A DNA stretch of 60,303 nt from assembly GCA_944383925.1 (NCBI GenBank), contig CALWRM010000028.1, positions 1-60,303 on the forward strand, given 5' to 3'. This stretch comes from an uncultured Clostridia bacterium. GTDB taxonomy: Bacteria; Bacillota; Clostridia; Christensenellales; UBA1750. Position numbers and translations under genes: made by a program. The notes under the pieces were generated by a model that saw only the letters and a program-made list of their open reading frames with translations, did not search any database and was not told the origin of the DNA. Below are positions 8,578 to 19,282 of this stretch, in pieces; the first letter of the stretch is position 1; every line of letters starts with the position of its first letter.

Positions 8578-9840
8578 CTAGATTTCCTCCCATGCGTCGA
8601 AGCGTATGTTTTCCGGCCCGACCACCGAGGCCGCCGGAGGCGTGCGGAAGATGCGCTCGGCCAGGGCCATGGCCTCCTCCCGGCTTGCGGCCTTGAGCCT
8701 TTGCAGGTAGTCCTCCTGGCTGCGCAGCTTGCCCGTGAGCAGCTGGCCCTTGCCCATGGCGTTCATGCGGGCCGTGGTGGCCTCCATGCCCAGGACGTAC
8801 ACGCCCTTGATCTGCTCCCTGGACTTTTCAAACTCCTCGGCGGGAACGCCCTGCCGAAGCAGCCGCTTCACCTCCCCGGCCATGCGGTCGGACACCTCCT
8901 GGGCGCTGCGCGGGTTGGTGCCGGCGTAGAGCACCAGATCCCCCGCGCCCACATAGGCGCTGGCGTAGGAGTAGACGTTGTAGGCCAAGCCGGCGTCCTC
9001 ACGGATGCCCTGGAACAGCCTGGAGGACATGGAACCGCCCAGCAGGTTGTTGAGCACGGCCAGGGAGAAGCTGCCCTCCTCGTCCATGGCCAGGGAGGGG
9101 AAGCCCAGGCACACATGGGTTTGCTCGGTGTCCTTGCGGCGAAACAGCCTGGCCGAGCGGTAGGAAACGGGCGGATAGAGGCTGTGGACGTACGCCCCCT
9201 GCCAGCCCTCAAAGGCCCGGCGCACCTTCTCCGTCAGGGCCGGCCAGTCGTAATGGCCGGCCACGGAGAGCACCGCGTTGCCGGGCAGGTAGCGCTGGCG
9301 CAGGAAGGCCAGCAGGCTCTCCCGGTTGGCGGCCTCGATGTTCTCCTTGGGGCCCAGGATGCTGCCGCCCAAGGGGTGATCGCCGAACAGCGCCAGGGCC
9401 AGCTGCTCGTGGACCATGTCCTCGGGCATGTCCTCGCCCATGGCGATCTCCTCCAACACGACGCCCTTCTCCTTTTCCAGCTCGCCGGCCGGGAAATGGG
9501 GGCGCATCGTCAGGTCTGCCAGCAGGGACAGGGCCCTATCCAGGTGCTCGTCCATCACCTTGGCGTAAAAGCAGGTGCACTCCTTGGAGGTGAAGGCGTT
9601 CATCTGGCCGCCGATGAGGTCCATCTCCTCGGCCAGCTGCTTGAGGCTCCGCTCGCCGGCGCCCTTGAACACCATGTGCTCCACAAAATGGGAATAGCCC
9701 TGGCGCAGGGGCGCCTCGTCGGCGGAGCCGGTCCGCACCCACACGCCCACGGCAACGGACTTAAAGTGCGGAATCCTTTCCCCCACGATGGTCAATCCGT
9801 TGGGCAACACCAACCGGTCAAAGCTCTGCAATGTATTCAT
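8578..9840 (-). CDS. M16 (pitrilysin/insulinase) family zinc peptidase, YmxG/MlpA-like
   Basis: Inverted zinc motif HFVEH, 'NAFTSKE', 'MSSRLFQ.IRE..GLAY'; exact start uncertain (9840 or TTG 9831). Confidence 0.9.
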   Translation of the reverse strand: MNTLQSFDRLVLPNGLTIVGERIPHFKSVAVGVWVRTGSADEAPLRQGYSHFVEHMVFKGAGERSLKQLAEEMDLIGGQMNAFTSKECTCFYAKVMDEHLDRALSLLADLTMRPHFPAGELEKEKGVVLEEIAMGEDMPEDMVHEQLALALFGDHPLGGSILGPKENIEAANRESLLAFLRQRYLPGNAVLSVAGHYDWPALTEKVRRAFEGWQGAYVHSLYPPVSYRSARLFRRKDTEQTHVCLGFPSLAMDEEGSFSLAVLNNLLGGSMSSRLFQGIREDAGLAYNVYSYASAYVGAGDLVLYAGTNPRSAQEVSDRMAGEVKRLLRQGVPAEEFEKSREQIKGVYVLGMEATTARMNAMGKGQLLTGKLRSQEDYLQRLKAASREEAMALAERIFRTPPAASVVGPENIRFDAWEEI

Positions 9841-9870
9841 TCCTCCCACAAGGCCCCGGCTTCGGGGCAG

Positions 9871-9908
9871 AAAAAGGGGGCCGCTTCTGCGCTGAGAAAC
9901 GGCCCCTC
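9871..9908 (-). terminator. Intrinsic terminator after pnp
   Basis: GGGGCCG...CGGCCCC stem followed by TTTTT on the minus strand. Confidence 0.65.
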
Positions 9909-9946
9909 GCTCTGGATATCGTCAGATAGGTCCGCCGCCCTTGGCG

Positions 9947-12127
9947 TTAGCGATCGTTGCGGGGGCCGCGGGGCGGTCTGTGGCCTTCGCCGCCCTCGCG
10001 ATGGAAGTCGCGGCGGGGCGGGAGGGGATTGCGGGGCCTGTCGGGCACCTCGATGTCGGTGCGCACCAGGTTGACCCTGCCCTGGTTGTCGATGGCGGCC
10101 ACGCGCACGGTGAGCTCGTCGCCCACGCTCACGGCGTCCTCCACCTTCTCGATGCGCTGGGGCGCCAGCTTGGAGATGTGGATCATGCCGTCCTTGCCCG
10201 GGAAGAGCTCCACGAAGGCGCCGATGGGGATGATGCGCACCACCTTGCCGGTGTACTCCTGGCCCACCTGCGGGCCGGTGCAGATGCCCTCGATGATGCG
10301 GCGGGCCTTGGCGGCCGCCTCCTCGTCGGGGGTGGCGATGAAGACGCGGCCGTCGTCCTCGATGTCGATCTTCACGCCGGTGTCGGCGATGATCTTGTTG
10401 ATCACCTTTCCGCCGGAGCCGATGACCTCGCGGATCTTCTCCGGATCGATGGTGAAGGCGATGATCTTGGGCGCGTACTTGGACAGGTTGGGCCTGGGCG
10501 CGTCCAGCACCTCCATCATCTTGCCCATGATGTGCATACGGCCGTCGTAGGCCTGCTTGAGGGCCTGGCGCAGGATGGGCTCGTCGATGCCCTTGATCTT
10601 AATGTCCATCTGGATGGCGGTGATGCCGTCCTTGGTGCCGGCGACCTTAAAGTCCATATCGCCCAGGAAGTCCTCCAGGCCCTGGATGTCGGTCAGGATG
10701 GCGACCTTGTCGGACTCGCTGTCCTTGATCAGGCCCATGGCGCAGCCCGCGACGGGCTTCTTGATGGGCACGCCCGCGTCCATCAGGGCCAGGGTGGAGC
10801 CGCAAACGGAACCCATGGAGGTGGAACCGTTGGAGGAAATGGCCTCGGAGACCACGCGGATGGCATAGGGGAACTCCTCTTCCGGCGGGATCATGGGTTC
10901 CAGGGCCCTCTCCGCCAGGGCGCCGTGGCCGATCTCGCGGCGGCCGGGGCTGCGCAGGGGCCGGGCCTCGCCGGTGGAATAGGGGGGCATGTTATAGTGG
11001 TGCATGTAGCGCTTGAATTCCTCGTTGGAGATGCCGTCCAGCCTCTGCTGGTCGCCCACGGCGCCCAAGGTCACCACGCTCATCACCTGGGTCTGGCCCC
11101 TGGTGAACACGGCGGAACCGTGGGGCCTTGGCAGGATGCCCACCTCGCACCAGATGGGGCGCACCTGGGTGAGGCTGCGGCCGTCGGGACGCACGCCCGC
11201 GTCGAGGATCTTGCGGCGCATGACGGTCTTCTGCATGCCGTACAGCACGTCGCCGATCTCCCTGGCGCCGTCGGGGTATTCCTCGGCAAAGGCGGCCTCG
11301 GTCTCGGCCTTGATCTGCTCCTCGCGCTTGTTGCGCTCGGCGCGGTCGAAGGTCTCGAACATCCATTCCACCTTTTCCTTGGCGAAGGCCTCCACCTTTT
11401 CCTTGAGGTCCTCGCGCACGGTGATCAGGGGGAACTCGCGCTTTTCCTTGCCGATTTCGGCGACGATCTGCTCCTGGAAGGCGACCAGGCGCTTGATCTC
11501 CTCATGGGCAAATAGGATGGCGGAGAGCATGGTCTCCTCGCTGACCTCCTTGGCGCCGGCCTCGACCATCATGATGGCCTCCTTGGTGCCGGCAACGGTC
11601 AGGTGCAGGTCGGAAGCGGCCCGCTGCTCCATGTTGGGGTTGAGCACGAACTGGCCGTCCACCAAGCCCACCACCACGGCGGCCGTGGGGCCGGCAAAGG
11701 GGATCTCCGAAACGCACAGGGCGGCGGAGGAGCCGATCATGGCGGGGATTTCGGCGGAGTTGTCGTTGTCGTTGGACAAAACGGTGGCCACGACGGAGAC
11801 GTCGTTGCGCATGCCCTTGGGGAAGAGGGGGCGCAGGGGCCTGTCGATCAGGCGGGAGGTGAGGATGGCCTTTTCCGTGGGCCTGCCCTCGCGCTTGATG
11901 AAGCCGCCGGGGATCTTGCCCACGGAGTACTGCTTCTCCTCAAAGTCGCAGCCAAGGGGGAAGAAGTCGATGCCGGGCCTGGGGGTTTCGGCCACGGTGG
12001 CGCAGACCAGCACGGCGGTGTCGCCGTAGCGCACCAGCACGGAACCGGCCGCCTGCTCGGCATAGCGGCCGAACTCCAGGGAAAGCTCCCTGCCGGCCAG
12101 GTCGGTCTTGTAGATCTTGTGTTCCAT
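9947..12127 (-). CDS. pnp: Polyribonucleotide nucleotidyltransferase (PNPase)
   Basis: '[13 protein letters not shown]', '[14 protein letters not shown]', '[10 protein letters not shown]', KH and S1 domains; AAAGGAG RBS. Confidence 0.98.
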   Translation of the reverse strand: MEHKIYKTDLAGRELSLEFGRYAEQAAGSVLVRYGDTAVLVCATVAETPRPGIDFFPLGCDFEEKQYSVGKIPGGFIKREGRPTEKAILTSRLIDRPLRPLFPKGMRNDVSVVATVLSNDNDNSAEIPAMIGSSAALCVSEIPFAGPTAAVVVGLVDGQFVLNPNMEQRAASDLHLTVAGTKEAIMMVEAGAKEVSEETMLSAILFAHEEIKRLVAFQEQIVAEIGKEKREFPLITVREDLKEKVEAFAKEKVEWMFETFDRAERNKREEQIKAETEAAFAEEYPDGAREIGDVLYGMQKTVMRRKILDAGVRPDGRSLTQVRPIWCEVGILPRPHGSAVFTRGQTQVMSVVTLGAVGDQQRLDGISNEEFKRYMHHYNMPPYSTGEARPLRSPGRREIGHGALAERALEPMIPPEEEFPYAIRVVSEAISSNGSTSMGSVCGSTLALMDAGVPIKKPVAGCAMGLIKDSESDKVAILTDIQGLEDFLGDMDFKVAGTKDGITAIQMDIKIKGIDEPILRQALKQAYDGRMHIMGKMMEVLDAPRPNLSKYAPKIIAFTIDPEKIREVIGSGGKVINKIIADTGVKIDIEDDGRVFIATPDEEAAAKARRIIEGICTGPQVGQEYTGKVVRIIPIGAFVELFPGKDGMIHISKLAPQRIEKVEDAVSVGDELTVRVAAIDNQGRVNLVRTDIEVPDRPRNPLPPRRDFHREGGEGHRPPRGPRNDR

Positions 12128-12304
12128 ACCTTTACCTTTGCTCCTTTCTAGCCATATCCAGGGGGCAAAGCAGGTCCAGATACGCGGAGTTTGCCAAACC
12201 CTCGGCCTTTGCGAGGGCTTGGCAAACCCCACGCGCCCATGGACGCTGCTTTGTCTTTGGAAGGGTCGCTGCGCGGCCCGAAAAAACAAGGGGCTAATGC
12301 CAGA

Positions 12305-12333
12305 AACCGCAGGGCGGCAAAACCGCCCTGCGG
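12305..12333 (-). terminator. Terminator hairpin after rpsO
   Basis: CCGCAGGGCGG-ttttg-CCGCCCTGCGG followed by TTT. Confidence 0.65.
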
Positions 12334-12350
12334 CAGCATGCAGGGATCTC

Positions 12351-12614
12351 TTAGCGGCGCACGCCCAGCTCCGCAATCAGCTCGCGGTAACGGATAACGT
12401 CGATCTTCTTCAGATAGTCCAGCAGACCGCGGCGCTTACCGACCATGGACAGCAGGCCACGGCGGGAGTGATGGTCCTTCTTGTTCTCCTTCAGGTGCTC
12501 GGTGAGGTGGTTGATGCGCTCGGTGAGCAGGGCAATCTGCACCTCGGGGGAACCGGTGTCGCCCTCGTGACGGGCAAACTTCTGGATGATTTCTTGCTTG
12601 CGATTCTTGTCCAT
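12351..12614 (-). CDS. rpsO: 30S ribosomal protein S15
   Basis: '[13 protein letters not shown]', '[20 protein letters not shown]'. Confidence 0.98.
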   Translation of the reverse strand: MDKNRKQEIIQKFARHEGDTGSPEVQIALLTERINHLTEHLKENKKDHHSRRGLLSMVGKRRGLLDYLKKIDVIRYRELIAELGVRR

Positions 12615-12642
12615 GATACTACCTCCGCATTTTCTTGTTTCG

Positions 12643-12710
12643 TCAATCGCCCATATCCCGAACAGGCCGCGCTGCGTGTTCACGCGGGCCCTCCAGAACA
12701 GGGTTCAAGC
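12643..12710 (-). ncRNA. Putative S15-binding autoregulatory leader of rpsO
   Basis: Structured 5' UTR (GAACCC...GGGCGATT with internal stems) between promoter and RBS, reminiscent of Firmicute rpsO leaders; judged by eye. Confidence 0.45.
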
Positions 12711-12718
12711 CAAAGCCT

Positions 12719-12747
12719 AGTATACCACGCAGAAGCTGCGTTGTAAA
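12719..12747 (-). promoter_or_regulatory. rpsO sigma-A promoter
   Basis: TTTACA-17 nt-TATACT with an extended TG. Confidence 0.7.
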
Positions 12748-12803
12748 CGGGAAAAAGCGCCCTGCGCCGCCTTTTAACCAAATCCCTCCGGGTCGCGCGG
12801 GGC

Positions 12804-13727
12804 TCAAAAGGGCTTGGGCAGCTCCCGGCGGGCGCGCGCGGCGTCCCGGGCCACCTGGGCGCTGAGGGCCTGGGTGGAGGAGAAGCGCATCTCCGGCCGG
12901 TAAAAGTCCAGCAGCGCCAGAGAGGCGTGCTCGCCATAAACGTCGCCCTGGAAATCCAGCAGGAAGGCCTCCACCGAGGGGCTCTCCCCGTTGACCGTGG
13001 GCCGGACCCCCACGTTGCACACGGCCCGGTAAACCTGTTGGCCCACCCGGGCCAGGGCGCCGTAGACCCCGTAGCGGGGCAGCAGCTTGTCCGGCGAGAC
13101 GCCCAGGTTGATGGTGGGGAAGCCGAAGCCGTGCCCCAGGCCCTTGCCGTGGACGACGGCTCCCTGTAGGTGATACAGATAGCCGAGCAGGCCGGCCGCC
13201 ACGGCCAGATCCCCCGCTTGCAGGGCCTGGCGCACCCGCGTGGAGCTGACCGGCGCGCCGTCCAGCGCCTGGGGCCGGACCACGGTCAGGCCCAGCTGCA
13301 GGCGCTGCGCCAGGCCGGCCACGGTTTCGGCGTTGCCCTTTCCGTCGCGGCCAAAGCGGTGGTTCTCCCCCATCACCAGATGGCGGGCCGCGTACTTCTC
13401 CTTGAGAAAGCGCAGGTATTCCTCCGGCTCCTGGGCGGCGAAGTCCCGATCAAAGCGCAGCAGCACCAGCGCCCCCACGCCGATGGCGTTGAGCAGCTTG
13501 GCCTTTTCGGTGTTGGTGGTGAGCAGCTTGGGCGTCTCCTCCGGCCGCAACACGGACAAGGGATGCCTGTCGAAGGAAACGGCCGCCAGACCGAGGCCCT
13601 TGGCTTGGGCAATTCTTTGGGCCTCCTCCAGCACCTTGCGGTGCCCCAGATGCACCCCGTCAAACATGCCCAGCGCCAGCACGCTGGGGCCCAGGCCGAA
13701 GGGCTGGGCATGCAGATAAAGCTTCAT
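12804..13727 (-). CDS. ribF: Bifunctional riboflavin kinase/FAD synthetase
   Basis: 'LGMFDGVHLGH', 'VSSTRVR', 'GFPTIN', 'NVGVRPT'; follows truB. Confidence 0.95.
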   Translation of the reverse strand: MKLYLHAQPFGLGPSVLALGMFDGVHLGHRKVLEEAQRIAQAKGLGLAAVSFDRHPLSVLRPEETPKLLTTNTEKAKLLNAIGVGALVLLRFDRDFAAQEPEEYLRFLKEKYAARHLVMGENHRFGRDGKGNAETVAGLAQRLQLGLTVVRPQALDGAPVSSTRVRQALQAGDLAVAAGLLGYLYHLQGAVVHGKGLGHGFGFPTINLGVSPDKLLPRYGVYGALARVGQQVYRAVCNVGVRPTVNGESPSVEAFLLDFQGDVYGEHASLALLDFYRPEMRFSSTQALSAQVARDAARARRELPKPF

Positions 13728-13757
13728 GTGCGTTCTCTTTCCTCGCTTCTTCTTCGC

Positions 13758-14657
13758 TTAAGGGGCCTGTCGGTCGGGATCGTCCTTGAGCAGCATGGCC
13801 GCAAAGCGCAGCGTGCCCTCCTGGCCCTGGGCGATGCCCGCAAAGCGGCCGCCCACGTACACGCGCAGGGGACCCTGCGCGCAGGCCTCCCGTCCGACGC
13901 GCAGGGGAGCGCCGTTCTTCACCTGGTTTCGCAGGGACTCGGGCAGCTCCACCTTGGGCAGGTGGGCGATGGGCAGGTCCATGGGCAGCAGGGGCCACTC
14001 GCCGGAAGCGACTTGGCAGCGCAACTCCTCCGGGGTGACGGCGTTCTCGATGGAAAAGACGCCCGAGCGCAGCCGCACCAGCAGGGACATATGGCCAAAC
14101 CCGCCCGCCGCCTTGGCGATCTCGTCCAAGAGAGTGCGCACATAGACGCCCTTGCCGCAGGCGATATCCAGCAGGCAGCGGTTTTCGCCGCTGGGGCCGA
14201 GCAGGCGGATGGAATCCACCTGAACCTGGCGCTTGGGCAACGTTTCCGGAGCCTTGCCCGCCCTGGCCAGCTCATAGGCGCGCTTGCCGTCCACGTGCAC
14301 GGCCGAATAGGCCGGCGGGCTTTGCCAGATGCACCCCTGGAAGGCGGGCAGCGCCGCCTCCACCGCCGCCAGGGAGGGCGGCGGCGCCTGGGCCAGCACG
14401 CATCCGGTGGCGTCCTGGGTATCCGTGGCGGCGCCCAGGCAAAGCTCGGCCCGATAAAGCTTCTGCTTGTCCGTTACGTAGTCGAACAGCCTCGTGGCAG
14501 AGCCGACGCCCAGGGGCAGCACGCCCGCGGCGGCCGGGTCCAGGGTGCCCATATGCCCCACCTTGGTGCCCTTTGGCAGCAGCTTGCGCACCAAGTGCAC
14601 CGCCAGGAAGGAGCTCATGCCCGGGGGCTTGAGCAGGTTCAGGAATCCGTCCGGCAT
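13758..14657 (-). CDS. truB: tRNA pseudouridine(55) synthase
   Basis: 'KPPGMSS', 'GHMGTLDPAAAGVL', 'PPAYSAV..DGKRAYELAR'. Confidence 0.95.
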   Translation of the reverse strand: MPDGFLNLLKPPGMSSFLAVHLVRKLLPKGTKVGHMGTLDPAAAGVLPLGVGSATRLFDYVTDKQKLYRAELCLGAATDTQDATGCVLAQAPPPSLAAVEAALPAFQGCIWQSPPAYSAVHVDGKRAYELARAGKAPETLPKRQVQVDSIRLLGPSGENRCLLDIACGKGVYVRTLLDEIAKAAGGFGHMSLLVRLRSGVFSIENAVTPEELRCQVASGEWPLLPMDLPIAHLPKVELPESLRNQVKNGAPLRVGREACAQGPLRVYVGGRFAGIAQGQEGTLRFAAMLLKDDPDRQAP

Positions 14658-15634
14658 GCTTCTTCCACCGCCTCTTCCAATGCGCAGCGCACCGCCTCCA
14701 GGGCCTGGTCCAGCTCGCCCTGCAGGCTCATGCCCGCCGCCCTGGGATGTCCGCCGCCGCCAAACCTGCGGGCGACGGCCGCGGCGTCCACCCCTTCCTT
14801 GGTGCGCACGCTACAGCGAATGCCCTCGTCCCGCTGGCTGACCAGGGCGGCCGCCAGCACGCCCTTGGTCTCGATGCCGTAATTGACGATGCCCTCATAG
14901 TCCCCGTCCTGGGCGCCCACCTCCCGGCGGTCCGCCAGGCTCAGGCACAGCAAGGCCACCCTTCCTCCGGCGCTTAAGCGCATCGTATCCAGCGCGCGGC
15001 CCAGGGCCCGCACGCTGGGCATGGATCTGGTGCGGTACAGGTGTTGGGTGATCCAGTCGGGCTTGGCGCCCTGCTCCACCAGCCAGGCGGCCGCCCGGAA
15101 GGTTCCGGGCGTCACGGCCTCGAAGGAGAAGTTCCCCGTGTCCGTGGAAAGGCCGGCGTACAGGCAGGAGGCCGCCTCGGCGGAGAGGCGGACGCCCCTT
15201 TCCAGGCACAGATCGACGACGATCTGCGCCGTCGCCGCGCTTTGGGGCAACAGCAGGCGGGGCACGTTCTCAAAGTCGTTGGAGCCGTGGTGGTCGATCA
15301 CAAAGCGCGCCCGCGCCCGATCGAACAGGGCGGCGCAGCTGCCAAGCCTGTCGTAGGAGGCCACGTCCACGGCGACGCACAGGTCGTACGGGCCTTGGGC
15401 CCGCTCGGGCGGCAGCACCAGGCGGGTGAGGTCCAAAAAGGCGTAGCTCTCCGGGACGGGATCCTGGCAGAACACGTCCACCCGCTCAAGCGCAGGAAAG
15501 CCCTGGCGCAGAAGTTCCCTCGCGCCAAGGCTTGCACCCAGAGCATCCATATCCGGCGAAACGTGGGCCACCAGGGCCACGGAGCCGGCGTTTTGCAGCA
15601 TGTCGAACAGGAGCTGGCCGCTCGTAGGCATCAT
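14639..15634 (-). CDS. nrnA: DHH/DHHA1 phosphoesterase (NrnA-like oligoribonuclease/pAp phosphatase)
   Basis: 'HVSPDMDALG', 'IDHH', 'TDTGNF', 'FGGGGHPRAAG'; rbfA-truB context. Confidence 0.88.
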   Translation of the reverse strand: MMPTSGQLLFDMLQNAGSVALVAHVSPDMDALGASLGARELLRQGFPALERVDVFCQDPVPESYAFLDLTRLVLPPERAQGPYDLCVAVDVASYDRLGSCAALFDRARARFVIDHHGSNDFENVPRLLLPQSAATAQIVVDLCLERGVRLSAEAASCLYAGLSTDTGNFSFEAVTPGTFRAAAWLVEQGAKPDWITQHLYRTRSMPSVRALGRALDTMRLSAGGRVALLCLSLADRREVGAQDGDYEGIVNYGIETKGVLAAALVSQRDEGIRCSVRTKEGVDAAAVARRFGGGGHPRAAGMSLQGELDQALEAVRCALEEAVEEACRTDS

Positions 15635-16017
15635 TCCTTTTCCCCGTCCGTCTCGCTCTCCTCCTTGTCGGAGGCGATCTCTTCCAGCAGCTGGTTGATG
15701 TGGACGGAATATTCGATGGAGTCGTCCAACACGAAGGTGAGCTCCGGCATGGAGCGGATGATGACCTTTTTGCCAAGCTCGCGGCGGATGAAGCCGGACG
15801 CGCCCTTGAGGGCCTTGAGCATGGCCTTTTTCTCGGCCTCCTCCTGCAGCATGACGGAGATATACACCTTGGCGTACTTCAGATCCCGCGTCAGGTCCAC
15901 CTTGAGGATGGTGAACATTTCCGGGATTCTCGGGTCCTTGATCTCGTTGCGGATAATGGCGTCCAACCCGCGGCGGAGCTCCTCCGCCTGCCGGCTGGCT
16001 CTGTCATAGTCTGGCAT
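15631..16017 (-). CDS. rbfA: Ribosome-binding factor A
   Basis: 'IKDPRI', 'DLKYAKVYIS', 'PELTFVLDDSIEY'. Confidence 0.95.
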   Translation of the reverse strand: MPDYDRASRQAEELRRGLDAIIRNEIKDPRIPEMFTILKVDLTRDLKYAKVYISVMLQEEAEKKAMLKALKGASGFIRRELGKKVIIRSMPELTFVLDDSIEYSVHINQLLEEIASDKEESETDGEKE

Positions 16018-16020
16018 GTT

Positions 16021-18699
16021 TTACCTCTCGATCTCTTCCTGGACAAAGCACTCGATGACATCGTTTTCCTTGATGTCGTTGTAGTTTTCCAGGCCAATGC
16101 CGCATTCAAAGCCGCTGGCCACTTCCCTGGCGTCGTCCTTAAAGCGCTTCAGGGAGGAGAGCTTGCCCTCGTAAATGACGATGTTGTCGCGCAGCAGGCG
16201 CACCTGGGCGTTTCTGCGCACGATGCCGTCGGTGATGTAGGAACCGGCCACGGTGCCCGCGCCGGTAACGCGGAAGACCTGGCGCACCTGGGCGTGGCCC
16301 AGGATGACCTCCTTGAACTTGGGGGCCAGCATGCCCTTCATGGCGGCCTTGATCTCGTCGATGGCGTCGTAGATGACGCGGTAGAGGCGCACGTCGATCT
16401 TCTCGCGCTCGGCGCTCTCCTTGGCCTAGGCATCGGGGCGGACGTTGAAGCCGATGACGATGGCGTTGGAGGCCGAGGCCAGCATGATGTCGGTCTCGTT
16501 GATGGCGCCGACGCCGCCGTGGATCACGCGCACGCGCACCTCTTCGTTGGAAATCTTCTCCAGGGCCTGGCGCACGGCCTCCACGGACCCCTGCACGTCG
16601 GCCTTGACGATGATGTTCAGGTCCTTGATCTCGCCCTCCGCCATCTGCTGGAACAGATCGTCCAGCGTGGCCTTGGACATGGCCTTGAGCTGCTCGGCCT
16701 TCTGCTTGTCGCGGCGCTCCTCGGCCACCTGGCGGGACAGCCGGTCGTCGTCGGAGACGTTGAGCACGTCGCCCGCCTCGGGCACGTCGGAGAAGCCGAT
16801 GATCTCCACGGGGATGGAGGGACCCGCGTCCTTGACGGACTGGCCCTTGTCGTTGACCATGGCGCGCACGCGGCCATAGGCCGTGCCGGCCACGATGGTA
16901 TCGCCCACGTGGATGGTGCCGGATTGCACCAGCACCGTGGCCACGGGGCCGCGGCCCTTGTCCAGCCTGGCCTCGACGATGGTGCCCCTGGCGGCGCGGT
17001 TGGGGTTGGCCTTCAGCTCCTTCATCTCGGCCGTGAGCAGGATCATCTCCAGCAGGTTTTCGATGCCCTCGCCGGTGAGCGCGGAAACGGGCACCACGAT
17101 GGTGTCGCCGCCCCAGTCCTCGGCCACGAGCTCGTACTCGGTGAGCTCCTGCTTGACCCTTTCGGGGTTGGCGGTGGGCTTATCCATCTTGTTGATGGCC
17201 ACGATCAGGGGCACGCCCGCCGCCTTGGCATGGTTGATGGCTTCCACGGTCTGGGGCATGATGCCGTCGTCCGCGGCGACCACCAGCACCACGATATCCG
17301 TCACCTGGGCGCCCCTGGCGCGCATGGCCGTGAAGGCCTCGTGGCCGGGGGTATCCAGGAAGGTGATGAGCTGGTCGTGAATGGTGACGGTGTAGGCGCC
17401 GATGTGCTGGGTGATGCCGCCCGCCTCGCCGGCGGTGACGTTGGTCGCGCGGATCTTATCCAGCAGGGAGGTCTTGCCATGGTCCACGTGGCCCATGATG
17501 GTGACCACGGGCGGACGGGGCAGCAGCTCCTCCTCCTTGTCCTCCTTGTCCTGGACCTCCATGAGGGTTTCCTCGAAGGTCTTTTCCAGCTTCAACTCGA
17601 ACTCGATGCCAAACTCGCTGCAAACGAGGGAGGCGGTGTCAAAGTCCAGCTCCTGGTTGATGGTGGCCATGATGCCCACCAGCAGCAACTTCTTGATGAT
17701 TTCCGCCGCGGGCTTGCCGATGCGCTCGGACAGGTCCTTGACGGTGATGGTTTCGGCGGTCATATAGGCCTTTTCGATCTTGACAGGCTCGATATGAACC
17801 TGCTTTTGATCCTTGCGGGGCCTCTTCTTGCTGCCCCTCCAGTCGTCGTCCAGACCGCCCTTGGCCGCGAAGCTCTCCTTGAGGATGGCCTTCTTCTGCT
17901 TGGGCACCTTCTTTTCCGGATCGTGCTGGCGCTGGTAATTCTGCTTGTTGGGGTCGTAGTTGGAGACCCGCTCCTTTTCGATGGTGGGGGTCAGCTCGGG
18001 GCCCTTGGACTTGCCAAAGCCGCCGCGGGAACCGCCAAAGCCGCCGCGCGGGCCGCCGGAACGGGGCGCGTCGTCCCGATCCTTGCCGGCAAAGGGCCGA
18101 TCCTGCCTTTGGAAGGGCCTATTCTGGCCGGGCGCGCCGCCCTGCTGGGGCCTGGGGCCGCGGGCCGGGCCGGCCGCGCCGCCCTGCTGGTTTTGCCGGT
18201 TGACCAGGGCGTTGGGATCGTTGGGGTTCGGCACGAAGGGCCTGGGCGCGAAGGGCCGCTGGCCCTGGGGACGGGCGCCTTGGGGCCGGGCGCCCTGGGA
18301 GGGACGGTTCTCCGTCCTGGGCGTTTGCGGCCGGGGCGCCGGCTGCGCGGCCGGAGCGGTTTGCGCGGGACGATTTGCCTGCGCCGCCTGTGCGCGCTCG
18401 GCCTCCGCCTGGCGCTGCCTCTGGGCCTCCGCCGCCTGGTTGCGCTGCTCCCGCTCCCTCTGCAGGGCTTGCTTGATGGCCTCCTGCTGGGCGCTGAGGG
18501 AGGCCAGCCTCTCCTCCTCCTCGCGGGCGCGGCTCTCCTCCTGCTGCCGGGCCTCCTGCTGGCGCAGGTTTTCCTCCATCTGGCGCAGGCTCTTGATGAG
18601 CTCCTGGGTGGTCTTGCGGGTTTCGGTCATGCTCTCCATGAGCGAGGCCGCCCCGCTGCCCAGCAGCTTTGCCGCTTCAGTAATCACAATTCTCGTCAT
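16021..18699 (-). CDS. infB: Translation initiation factor IF-2, interrupted by one in-frame TAG at 16426-16428
   Basis: '[10 protein letters not shown]', '[10 protein letters not shown]', 'DTPGHEAF'; the frame continues past the TAG as [19 protein letters not shown] to the C2 domain 'SLKRFKDD...GFECGI'. Confidence 0.93.
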
Positions 18700-19019
18700 T
18701 CTTCGTTGACACCCCCGCGATATTCGTTGATAAGCTGTTGGATGGCCCGGTTCAAGCCCTCGTCCGTCAGCGCGGCCGCCTTGCGGCCGGGCTTGCCGAT
18801 GGCCTCCCCCAGGCCGGATATAACCGTAAGCTCGATGCCATAGTGCTCGGAGAGCCTTTGCATCCTATCCCTGGTGTTTTCGCCGGCTCCGTCTTCCAGA
18901 AACAGGCGCCTGGCCTTGCCCGTTTGGGCCGCCTTGACGCTGGCTTCCTCGCCGCTTTGCACCCTGCCGGCCCTGGCCGCCAGGCCCAAATAGCCCTTGA
19001 GCCGATCTTCCCATTTCAA
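18696..19019 (-). CDS. ylxQ: L7Ae-family RNA-binding protein (YlxQ-like)
   Basis: '[15 protein letters not shown]', 'LGEAIGK'; TTG start overlapping the ylxR stop; canonical operon position. Confidence 0.85.
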   Translation of the reverse strand: MKWEDRLKGYLGLAARAGRVQSGEEASVKAAQTGKARRLFLEDGAGENTRDRMQRLSEHYGIELTVISGLGEAIGKPGRKAAALTDEGLNRAIQQLINEYRGGVNEE

Positions 19020-19282
19020 GCCTGCTCCAACCCCTTTTCCAGCTGGTCGTAGACCTCCTGGGCGATGGATTGCTCCAAAGCCCGCTCCAGCGCCTTGGTT
19101 TTTTGGGCCTTCTTTAGGCAGGCGATGTCCTTGCACACATAGGCGCCCCGGCCGGGCGCCTTGCCGATGGGGTCCAGGGAAACCTGCCCCTCCTTGTTGC
19201 GCACCACGCGGCAAAGCTCCTTCTTGGGCTTCATCTCCCGGCAACCAACGCACATGCGCATCGGGGTCTTTCTAGGCTTCAA
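19016..19282 (-). CDS. ylxR: YlxR/RnpM family protein (DUF448)
   Basis: 'PMRMCVGCREMKPKKEL.RVV', 'GKAPGRGAYVC'. Confidence 0.92.
   Translation of the reverse strand: MKPRKTPMRMCVGCREMKPKKELCRVVRNKEGQVSLDPIGKAPGRGAYVCKDIACLKKAQKTKALERALEQSIAQEVYDQLEKGLEQA

Noticed and set aside
16426-16428. Genome-wide TAG reassignment (alternative code or pyrrolysine)
   Set aside because: Many genes here end on TAG at their expected C-termini (nrdG, fucO, ade, glycerate kinase, M16 peptidase), and only one internal TAG is seen.
15700-18843. Long antisense ORFs (e.g. 4940-7486, 9941-11515, 15700-18843, 35359-37176, 49452-51071)
   Set aside because: They are shadows of real genes on the opposite strand, expected with high GC3, and have no recognisable motifs.
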